Of a DNA stretch of 64,000 bases, positions 56,364-64,000 are shown one piece after another. The notes under the pieces are model-generated. The model did no database searches, was not told the origin of the DNA, and saw only the letters and a list, made by a program, of their open reading frames with translations. The stretch covers positions 5,472,001 to 5,536,000 of the forward strand of contig OZ253580.1 of NCBI GenBank assembly GCA_965263035.1, in the 5' to 3' direction. Each line of letters opens with the position of its first letter. The stretch's first letter is position 1. Made by a program: the position numbers and the translations under genes. Source of the stretch: Acidobacteriota bacterium (lineage in GTDB: Bacteria > Acidobacteriota > UBA6911 > RPQK01 > JAJDTT01).

Positions 56364-57422
56364 CTACCCGTTCACTAGGCTCAGTAGTGGGGACAGTGCG
56401 CGTGGTCCCGAGGAGAGTTCCTTGCGCTCGATCTTCTTCATGAGTCGCCGGACCGCCTCATTGACCGGGGTCGGGATCCCTTTCTCCCGCCCCTTTCGGA
56501 CCACGAATCCATTGAAGTGATCCACTTCGGTGATCCGCCCCTTCCAGTGGTCCTGGAGCAGGGAAGTGGCGGCCGCGGGACTGATCCGTTGGGACATCCG
56601 GGCCAATCGCCGCTCCATGGTCCGGTCCCGACCGCGGGCGGCGTCCAGAACCTCGTCCGGCGTACAGTCGCCCAGCACCCGATGGATGCCGTAGCCATGG
56701 GACCTGGCCACCAGAACCACCTCCGCCGCCAGTTGGATCATGATCTTCCGGACCTCCGGCTCGCCCAGGAGGGGAGCCGACCGCAGGCCGGTGATTCCCG
56801 ACAGGGCATTGACCATGGCGCTGGTGGCCAGCTTGGTCCAGCGCATGGCCATCAGATCTCCGGTGGTCTTCACCGGCCATACGGCATTCAGATACCGGGA
56901 AACTTCTTTGGCCTTGCTTTCGGAGGTCCCCGCGTACTCGCCCACGTAGGCGCCGGGAGCGTTGACATCGGAGGACCGGGAGACGGACTGGGTGGAGACC
57001 CGGATCCGCCCGGGAGCCTCCAGCACGGCGTTTATCAGAATGACCACGCCCAGAATCCGGTCGCGATCGACTCGCTGGACGATGATCTCTTCGTTGATAC
57101 CGTTTTGGGTGCTCACGACCCAGGTCTGAGGTGAAAGGCAGGGAAGGACCCTCTTCAGGGCTGCACTGGAGTCGTACGACTTCACCGCCAGGAAGAGGAT
57201 GTCGACCGGGTCCAGCCGGTCGAGTTGGTCCGGTTGGACCACCGGCGGGCGGAAGAGAGACGACTCGTTTCCGTCTTCGATGCGCAGGCCCGAATCCCGA
57301 ATGGCACGGAACTGTTCCGGCCACGGTTCGATCAGCGTGACGTCGTGTCCCGCGGCGAACATCCGGGCGCCGACTTGGCCCCCGATGGCGCCGGCGCCGA
57401 AGACCGCTAGCCGCTTGCCCAT
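56364..57422 (-). CDS. Ketopantoate reductase family protein (PanE/ApbA)
   Basis: FGAGAIG, LAVKSY, QNG, WTKL, SLLQD..GRITEVDHFNG. Confidence 0.85.
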   Translation of the reverse strand: MGKRLAVFGAGAIGGQVGARMFAAGHDVTLIEPWPEQFRAIRDSGLRIEDGNESSLFRPPVVQPDQLDRLDPVDILFLAVKSYDSSAALKRVLPCLSPQTWVVSTQNGINEEIIVQRVDRDRILGVVILINAVLEAPGRIRVSTQSVSRSSDVNAPGAYVGEYAGTSESKAKEVSRYLNAVWPVKTTGDLMAMRWTKLATSAMVNALSGITGLRSAPLLGEPEVRKIMIQLAAEVVLVARSHGYGIHRVLGDCTPDEVLDAARGRDRTMERRLARMSQRISPAAATSLLQDHWKGRITEVDHFNGFVVRKGREKGIPTPVNEAVRRLMKKIERKELSSGPRALSPLLSLVNG

Positions 57423-57426
57423 GTGG

Positions 57427-58587
57427 TCAGAGTTGGATCCGCCGCCGGATCTGCTGGTTGGCTTCCCAGTAGGTCTTCTTCAGCCGGATCATTTCGTCTT
57501 CCGGAGCCGGCTGGACCCGGCCACGGGCGTCGACGGCTCTGGACACCAAAGTATGCTCGCCCGGAGAGGGATCGTTCCAGACGTAGGACCAGAAGGTCCA
57601 GCAATGGGGATGGTCTTTCCCCTCGCCCAACGTGGTCTGCGTCCAGGCGCCGTCGTCCAGCTTCAGCTCGACCCCCTTCAACGGAGTCCCGTCGTTCCAG
57701 ACTGCGCCCATGACCCGGACGGCACCGCCATCCAGACGGGTCACCCGGGCCACGATGGACTTGAGATTCATGCGGCCCACCGAGGTCTCGCGCCAGATGG
57801 TTTCGCCGTCCCGCTCCTCACCGCGGATCGTAACGTAGTCGCGCCCCATGAATCGGCTCAGGAAACGGCGGTCATGGACCTCGATGCGCCAGAGCCACTT
57901 GACCCAGGCCACTCCGTACCAACCGGGAACCACCAGGCGGAGCGGAGCGCCGTGGGTCTGGCTCAACGGCTTCCCATTCATCTCGTAGGCCAGCAGGACC
58001 CGATCCCGAAACGCTTCTTTGACCGAAAGACTGCGCCCGAAGTTCTGTTCGTATTCATTGCCCCGGATCTCTTCCTTGCCGCGGTCCACTCCGAAGAAGA
58101 CCACCTCGGTGGCCTCCGGGCTCAGACCGCATTCCTCCAGGACCGGACCCAACCGGGTCCCGCTCCAGCGAGCGTTGCCGATAGCCCCCATGAATCGCTC
58201 CGAAGCCCCGTTTCCGGAGCACTCGAGCGTGGCGGTGTAGTGACTCTTGGGACGGGCCTTCAAGTCTTCCAGAGTCAAAGAAAGGGGCTGGTTCACAAAT
58301 CCTCCGATGCTGAGCCTCCACTTCCCCATGTCCACTTCCGGGATCCCGTAGTGTTTGACGCTGAAGAAGTCCGACTCGGGAGTGATCCAGGATTCGAGCT
58401 GGTCCCACTGGACCATGGACCGATCCGGATTCACCGGCTGTGGATCCAGGAAGGGCACCACCGTCTCTCCGGTCTCCACGGGAGGCAGCACGAAACCGAA
58501 TACTGAAGAGTGAAGGAGCGAAGCGCCGGTCGCCGCCAAACCTCCGCGCAGCACCTCGCGTCGTGAAAGGGATCGTTTCTCTCTCAT
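57427..58587 (-). CDS. Sulfite oxidase family molybdoenzyme, Tat-exported
   Basis: SRREVL; LECSGN; AYEMNG..HGAPLRLVVPGWYG..WVKW. Confidence 0.9.
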   Translation of the reverse strand: MREKRSLSRREVLRGGLAATGASLLHSSVFGFVLPPVETGETVVPFLDPQPVNPDRSMVQWDQLESWITPESDFFSVKHYGIPEVDMGKWRLSIGGFVNQPLSLTLEDLKARPKSHYTATLECSGNGASERFMGAIGNARWSGTRLGPVLEECGLSPEATEVVFFGVDRGKEEIRGNEYEQNFGRSLSVKEAFRDRVLLAYEMNGKPLSQTHGAPLRLVVPGWYGVAWVKWLWRIEVHDRRFLSRFMGRDYVTIRGEERDGETIWRETSVGRMNLKSIVARVTRLDGGAVRVMGAVWNDGTPLKGVELKLDDGAWTQTTLGEGKDHPHCWTFWSYVWNDPSPGEHTLVSRAVDARGRVQPAPEDEMIRLKKTYWEANQQIRRRIQL

Positions 58588-58666
58588 GGCATGTCTCCGT
58601 AAGTTCCGGATTTCGGTAGGTTCAACCACATGCTAGCAGCACCTCTCGCAACCCGCCACGCCGCCC

Positions 58667-58693
58667 CTGGGAGGGGGGACAGTCCTGTCCCCC
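58667..58693. repeat. REP-like palindrome
   Basis: CTGGGAGGGGGGACAGTCCTGTCCCCC, matching the copy at ~49500-49528. Confidence 0.6.
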
Positions 58694-58696
58694 TCT

Positions 58697-60010
58697 TCAT
58701 CGCTTCTTCCCCACCAGTTCACGTGCCTTGGCGCCGTGGAAACGAGCTTTCTCAAAGGTTCCCATGGACTGGTAGATTCGTTCCAGCAGTTGATGGTGCT
58801 TGGGATCCTGATCGTTCAGTTCCAGCGCCTTGCGGGCCATCGGTTCGGCCTCGTCCAGCCGTTTTCGATAAAGGAGCGAGAGCGCCCTGATGAAGGGGCC
58901 CGAAGGGTCCGTGGAGTCGACTCGCATGATCCGCTCGGCCAGCGCGCCCGTCTGTTCCAGGTTGCCCCGTTCCATTTCCAGCCGGGCCGCTGTGGAGAGC
59001 AGGCCCACGTCTTGGGGACAGGCGTCCAAGCCCTTGGAGGCGGTGTCCCGGGCCTCCTGGTGGCGCTGGGTCCGTCGTTCCACCAGTGCCAGGAAGAGAT
59101 ACGCTTCGCAGCTCTGGCCGCCTTGGTCCAGGTAGCGGCGAAGGTGCGTCCCGGCGGCATGGAGATCTCCCCGTCCGAAACTGAGTTTTCCCCGCCCGAA
59201 ACCGGTCAGATGGGTGTTCGGCTCCAGTCTCTCCGCACGGGCGTAGGCATCCAGAGCCGCCCGCTGATCGCCGATCTCCAGGTTCGCGTCTCCCAGGTCG
59301 GCGAACACTTCCGCGCTGGCCCGGGGCGAGGCGGACATCCAACGAAGCGTCTTGAGCCGTCCCCGTAAATGTGCTCTCTGCCGGTGGTTCTTCAGGACCG
59401 CCCGGCCTTCCGCCTCTTTTCCCTGGCGCAGAAGGCTGGTCCCCAGATTGAAGAGGATGTTCTCGTGGCCCGGATTCAGGCGCAGGACCTGGCGGAAGTT
59501 CCTTTCCGCCGCGGGGTAAAGGCCTTCCTTCAGATCCAGCTCTCCCAGGTGGAAGAGAGTGGTCGGCTCGTCGGGCCGGAGCTGAAGCACCAGCTCCAAC
59601 TCCCGGCGGGCCTCCGAATCCCGGCCCATGCGGGCGAACGCGACTCCCAGACTCAGCCTCAGCTCCCAACTGTCCAGACCCTTGGCCATGGCCTGTTGGA
59701 AGTTCTCTATGGCCTCCGGGTAGTTGCGAAGGGAGGTCTGACAGATACCGGCCAGATAGTAGATGACCGGCGAAGGGTTGGGAGCCTTCAGCAGTTGTTG
59801 GAGGTCGGCCAGCGCTCCCAGGTAGTCCTGGTGCAGCTTCATCTTCTCCATGGCGCTGTCAGGCGACGGGACGGACTGGCTCCGGATTCCTCCCGCCAGA
59901 CAGAGAACCACAGCGATATAGGGGAGGAGCTTGGAGGAAGCAAAACGAGGAGATGCGCTCACGTTTTCCGTCTCCGGTCCATGGAGCACCGGCAAGACGC
60001 AGGATACCAT
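58697..60010 (-). CDS. Tetratricopeptide repeat protein
   Basis: Multiple TPR-like units (LG....G....A......L...P); signal-like segment; start uncertain. Confidence 0.8.
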   Translation of the reverse strand: MVSCVLPVLHGPETENVSASPRFASSKLLPYIAVVLCLAGGIRSQSVPSPDSAMEKMKLHQDYLGALADLQQLLKAPNPSPVIYYLAGICQTSLRNYPEAIENFQQAMAKGLDSWELRLSLGVAFARMGRDSEARRELELVLQLRPDEPTTLFHLGELDLKEGLYPAAERNFRQVLRLNPGHENILFNLGTSLLRQGKEAEGRAVLKNHRQRAHLRGRLKTLRWMSASPRASAEVFADLGDANLEIGDQRAALDAYARAERLEPNTHLTGFGRGKLSFGRGDLHAAGTHLRRYLDQGGQSCEAYLFLALVERRTQRHQEARDTASKGLDACPQDVGLLSTAARLEMERGNLEQTGALAERIMRVDSTDPSGPFIRALSLLYRKRLDEAEPMARKALELNDQDPKHHQLLERIYQSMGTFEKARFHGAKARELVGKKR

Positions 60011-60115
60011 GACCGCCCAGATCGGCCCGGTTCCCGGGTGGCAGGGACCGGGGCGGGACGCGCGAACCTCCGGGTGTCGTAGTAGACTGACCGGGAATTA
60101 TCGGAGGGAATCGAG

Positions 60116-61534
60116 ATGACTCTACAGTCTGCGACCGATCGTCGGCGGTTCCTGGTCCAGGTGGGCGCCGTGTCGTTGCTCGCCCAGGGCCCCGTCGGGA
60201 GCCCGCAGGCGAAGGCAGCGGCAAAGGAATACGCCGGTCTGGCCACCCGTAGGTTCAGAGGACATATCGACGGGGCCAGAAAAGCCATTCTGGACGAAAT
60301 CAAGCCGACACCGGCCCAGTTGGAGCATGGACTCGAGCTCCATCGGGAATCCATGGTCTGCGATCTCTACGGAGGGTCCAATCCAGTTCACGTGACCGGG
60401 TTCTACTCCGAATCCATGAAGGCTTGGGCGCTTGAGGTTCTGGACCCGGAGCCGGACCCGGAACGGAAACTAGAGCTGTTCAGGTCCACCGTCCGGCCGC
60501 AGATTCAGAAATGGCGCGCGCTGGAGGTGGTCCACGATCCCGGTTTTCGGGCCAACCACCGGCTGGCGTGGGAATCGGCCCAGATCGACTTGGGCCTCGC
60601 CGACGTGGCCTGGGCTCCGGAAGGGGAAGGGGACCGGGGTTCCCTCGAGTACCTGGCCAGCGAAACCTACGCCTTCGACCACTTGGACTACCTGGAGAAA
60701 TTCTTGCGAATCGAGGACCTTAAGGGGTTCAAGCAGGCGGGAAAACATGCCGTCATCTGGCACCTCGGCCGGCCCGACGCCTGTTTTGCCGGCCCTCACA
60801 TCAAGGATCCCATCAAGAGTCTCGATCTCTTCTACGGCTTCGGCGTCCGCCACTGCCAGTTGACCAACAGCACCCGGAACCAGTTGGGAACTTCCCATTA
60901 TCAGGAGACGGACACCGGGCTCACCGAAATGGGGGAAGCCGTCATCCGGCGCATGAACCAACTGGGGATCATGGTGGATCTTTCCCACTGCGGAACCCAG
61001 ACGACGTTGGACGCCATCCGGGCCTCGCAGGAACCGGTACTCATCAGCCACACGGCTTGCCGCGCGCTATCCCGTGGAGGCAAGAGCCCGAACCGCAACG
61101 CCACCGACGAGGCGATTCGAAGTACGGCCGACAGAGGGGGCATGATCGGAATCATCACCGTGCCCAACCTGTTGGGTGGATTCGGTGCGGAGGCCGTCTA
61201 CCGGCACCTGGACCACGCGGTCAAGCTGGTGGGTGTGGACCACGTGGGCCTGGCCTCAGACCAAGGTCCCATGGGCCGGGCCGTGCAGGCTCCGGAAATT
61301 GTCAAGATCCTGAAACCCCGGAAGTTTCTGGCCACGGGCTTCAAGGGCACGCGGACCTACTGGGAATGGGAGACCGGGCCCCGTCCCCTGTCCTGGGTCA
61401 ACGCTCCCTATCTGACGGTGGGGTTGGTGGTGAGAGGCTACTCGGACGACGACATTCGCAAGATCATCGGCGGCAATTTCCTCAGGGTGGCCGGCAAGAT
61501 CATGGACAAGCGACCCCGGGGACGATTGACCTGA
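60116..61534 (+). CDS. Membrane dipeptidase (peptidase M19) family, Tat-exported
   Basis: DRRRFL; MNQLGIMVDLSH, SHT, RNATD, HVGLASD, GGNFLRV. Confidence 0.88.
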   Translation: MTLQSATDRRRFLVQVGAVSLLAQGPVGSPQAKAAAKEYAGLATRRFRGHIDGARKAILDEIKPTPAQLEHGLELHRESMVCDLYGGSNPVHVTGFYSESMKAWALEVLDPEPDPERKLELFRSTVRPQIQKWRALEVVHDPGFRANHRLAWESAQIDLGLADVAWAPEGEGDRGSLEYLASETYAFDHLDYLEKFLRIEDLKGFKQAGKHAVIWHLGRPDACFAGPHIKDPIKSLDLFYGFGVRHCQLTNSTRNQLGTSHYQETDTGLTEMGEAVIRRMNQLGIMVDLSHCGTQTTLDAIRASQEPVLISHTACRALSRGGKSPNRNATDEAIRSTADRGGMIGIITVPNLLGGFGAEAVYRHLDHAVKLVGVDHVGLASDQGPMGRAVQAPEIVKILKPRKFLATGFKGTRTYWEWETGPRPLSWVNAPYLTVGLVVRGYSDDDIRKIIGGNFLRVAGKIMDKRPRGRLT

Positions 61535-61590
61535 TTCGAAATTGAGTCGCCGCCCTCTGAAAGGCCCGGTGACATCGGGAGGCGTGAAGT

Positions 61591-64000
61591 ATGGAGTCCA
61601 ATCTGTGTCTGCGAACGGCTGGACGTTTCGTCGCGGGAGCGGTTCTGATCCCGTTCCTGGGTTGCGGGGTTGACGAAGACACGCGGGATCCGTTCCGCGA
61701 GATCGTGGACATTTCCCGGGACGAGGCGGCCTTGGCTGAGTATCTCCAGCCGGTTCCGCCCAAGGAGCCGCAGGAGGCCCTGGCATCGTTCGAGGCGGTC
61801 GACGGATTCCGTATGGAGATGGTGGCCCATGAGCCTCTCGTGAACGACCCGGTCGCGGCCGCGTTCGATGAAAACGGCCGCCTCTACGTGGCCGAGATGC
61901 GGGACTATCCCTACCAGCCAGGTCCGGGCGAAAAGCCCATGGGTGTGGTCCGCCTGCTGGAGGACACCGACGGCGACGGCACCCTGGACCAGAGCCACGT
62001 CTTCGCCGACCAACTGCTTTGGCCCACCGGAGTGACGGTCTGGAAGGGAGGGGTCTTCGTCACCGCTCCTCCCGACATCTGGTACCTCAAGGACACCGAC
62101 GGTGACGGCAAGGCAGACATCCGGAACAAGGTCTATTCGGGCTTTGGACACCAGAACGAGCAACAGATGATGAACAACATCATCATGGGGGTAGACCATT
62201 GGATCTATGGGATCGCCTCCGGAAACGCCGGCGAGATCCGATCCTTGGAGAATCCGGATTCGCCTCCGGTCTCCTTGGGCGCCCGGGATTTCCGTTTCGA
62301 TCCCGTGAACGGGCGGTTCGAGACCACGACCCAGACCTTCCAGTTCGGACACTCCTTCGACGAATGGTACAACCGCTTCGTCTGCAACCAGGGGATGCCG
62401 GGGCGCCATGTGGTGTTGCCGGCCCGCTACCTGGAACGGAATCCCCACCTTTTCGTCAACCTGCACCGGTGGCTGGGACCGGGCGCCAACCAGGTGAAGC
62501 CGCTGGTCCAAGGGCAGACCCGCCTCTACAAGATCAGTCCGGTGGAGCGCTGGCGCACGATTCGGCAGGCTCGGCGGATCTTCGCCGGGTCCTCTTCCCG
62601 GAGCGCGGGTGTCGGTCACGACTACCTGACGGCCGGTTCGGGGGTGACCATGTATACGGGCCACGCCTACCCGGAGAAGTATCGGGGCAGCTACTTCATG
62701 GGCGCCAACACGGGCAACCTGATCCACCGCCGGGTTCTCATCGACGACGGAGTCACTTTCCGCTCAGAGCGGGGGGAGACGGAGGGCTCGGAGTTCGTCC
62801 GCTCCACGGACAACTGGTTTCGCCCCGCCAATGCGGTCAATGCTCCTGATGGAACCGTCTACTTCCTGGACATGTCCCGGGAGCTGATCGAGGCGACCCA
62901 CGTCCCCGGACGGGTGATGAAGCACCTGGATTTCACCAACGGACGCGACCGGGGACGCATCTATCGCCTGGCGCCCCCAGGATTCGTGTCGCCACCTCCG
63001 CCCCGGTTGGGCGAGGCCACGACCGAGGAATTGGTCGCCCATCTGGAGCACGACGGGGGCTGGTGGCGGGCGACGGCCCACCGGCTGGTCCGCGAACGGC
63101 AGGACCGGTCGGCAGCGCCTCTCTTGCGCCGGCTCCTGAGGGAGAGTTCTCGTCCCCTTGCCCGGATGCATGCTCTCTGGTCCCTGGAGGGTCTCGGCTC
63201 CCTCCGGGAACGGGATCTGCTGCGGGGTCTGGGGGATCCTGAAGCCGGTGTCCGGGTCCATGCCGTTCGACTGGCCGAATCCCGTCTGAATCGTTCCCGC
63301 GCCCTGTCCCGGAAGGTTTCGGACCTGGCCCAGGACCCGGAAATCCGGGTCCGGTTCCAGGTGGCCCTGAGTCTGGGCGAGGTGCGAGGGCAGAGGGCTC
63401 TTCCCGCACTGGTCCGGATCGCACGGGAGGATACAGGCGACTTCTGGGTCCAGAACGCCGTCCTGAGCTCGTGTGCCGACTTTGCCCACCAACTGTTCGC
63501 CCGATTGGCGAACGAGGAGACGTTTCTGGCGCAACCCGAATCGGTCCAGTGGTTGTCTCAGCTCGCCCGGGCGGTGGGAGCCCGGGACCGCGCACGGGAG
63601 TTGAGGCGGGTCCTCGGCGTCATGGCCGCCAATCCGGTGCTGGCCGCAAAACCGTCCGCAAGGCAGGAGATCATCCTCGGCATGGCCGAAGGCCTGGCCT
63701 ATTCAGGCGGATCGCTCGTGGGGCTACGAAGACTCCCGGCCTCCGCGGCCTCTTTGATCAAGTCCCACATGGAGCGCGCGGGCAAGATCGTCGCCGACGG
63801 GTCCGCTTCCCTGGAGGACCGGCTCCAATCCATCCGCCTGCTTCACCACGACCGGCTGGATCGAGTGAAACCCGTACTGACCTCGCTGGTGGATCCGCAA
63901 CAGCCTCAGGATCTCCAGATCGCGGCGATCGATGCCTTGGCGGGCTTCGCCATCCCCGAGATACCAAGTCTCCTCCTCGAGGACTGGACGGCGCATTCTC
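61591..64000 (+). CDS. PVC-type heme-binding CxxCH-family protein (membrane-bound dehydrogenase domain + HEAT repeats), 3' end outside window
   Basis: Not in ORF track because no stop falls in the window; lipobox FLGC; EPLVNDPVAAAFDENGRLYVAEMRDYP, LEDTDGDG, DNWFRP, GRIYR; HEAT-like repeats. Confidence 0.88.
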   Translation, partial: MESNLCLRTAGRFVAGAVLIPFLGCGVDEDTRDPFREIVDISRDEAALAEYLQPVPPKEPQEALASFEAVDGFRMEMVAHEPLVNDPVAAAFDENGRLYVAEMRDYPYQPGPGEKPMGVVRLLEDTDGDGTLDQSHVFADQLLWPTGVTVWKGGVFVTAPPDIWYLKDTDGDGKADIRNKVYSGFGHQNEQQMMNNIIMGVDHWIYGIASGNAGEIRSLENPDSPPVSLGARDFRFDPVNGRFETTTQTFQFGHSFDEWYNRFVCNQGMPGRHVVLPARYLERNPHLFVNLHRWLGPGANQVKPLVQGQTRLYKISPVERWRTIRQARRIFAGSSSRSAGVGHDYLTAGSGVTMYTGHAYPEKYRGSYFMGANTGNLIHRRVLIDDGVTFRSERGETEGSEFVRSTDNWFRPANAVNAPDGTVYFLDMSRELIEATHVPGRVMKHLDFTNGRDRGRIYRLAPPGFVSPPPPRLGEATTEELVAHLEHDGGWWRATAHRLVRERQDRSAAPLLRRLLRESSRPLARMHALWSLEGLGSLRERDLLRGLGDPEAGVRVHAVRLAESRLNRSRALSRKVSDLAQDPEIRVRFQVALSLGEVRGQRALPALVRIAREDTGDFWVQNAVLSSCADFAHQLFARLANEETFLAQPESVQWLSQLARAVGARDRARELRRVLGVMAANPVLAAKPSARQEIILGMAEGLAYSGGSLVGLRRLPASAASLIKSHMERAGKIVADGSASLEDRLQSIRLLHHDRLDRVKPVLTSLVDPQQPQDLQIAAIDALAGFAIPEIPSLLLEDWTAHS

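Noticed and set aside
1-64000. Genome-wide UGA reassignment (code 4/25)
   Set aside because: Complete genes (SDR, galM, M23, ABM, dipeptidase) end properly at TGA

Overview
GC-rich bacterial chromosome segment. Gene content (two DUF1553/DUF1549 + DUF1501 pairs, a PVC-type CxxCH-family protein, FG-GAP/CRTAC1, TPR, sialidase-like and Tat-exported enzymes) suggests an Acidobacteriota/PVC-like organism; this is inference only. About 35 intact CDS, mostly periplasmic carbohydrate/redox enzymes, plus cysK, galM, an aspC-like, a LarA-like and a panE-like gene. Top candidate: a secreted FG-GAP/ASPIC-UnbV (CRTAC1-like)-TlpA protein (39786-42590) split by one in-frame TGA directly followed by a SECIS-like hairpin, i.e. 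a probable unannotated selenoprotein. Also notable: (i) a ~6.4 kb non-autonomous cargo element (17173-23613) with ~33 bp terminal inverted repeats and a 10 bp direct repeat, carrying an atypical tRNA (G3:U70, 8-nt anticodon loop), a DUF5677-like gene and two nested IS; (ii) a secreted peptide with mirror-symmetric Cys spacing beside an ankyrin protein; (iii) a 160 bp MITE in 3 copies; (iv) a GGAG-type REP family; (v) an IS1634-like element. All calls come from reading motifs by eye; no searches were run.
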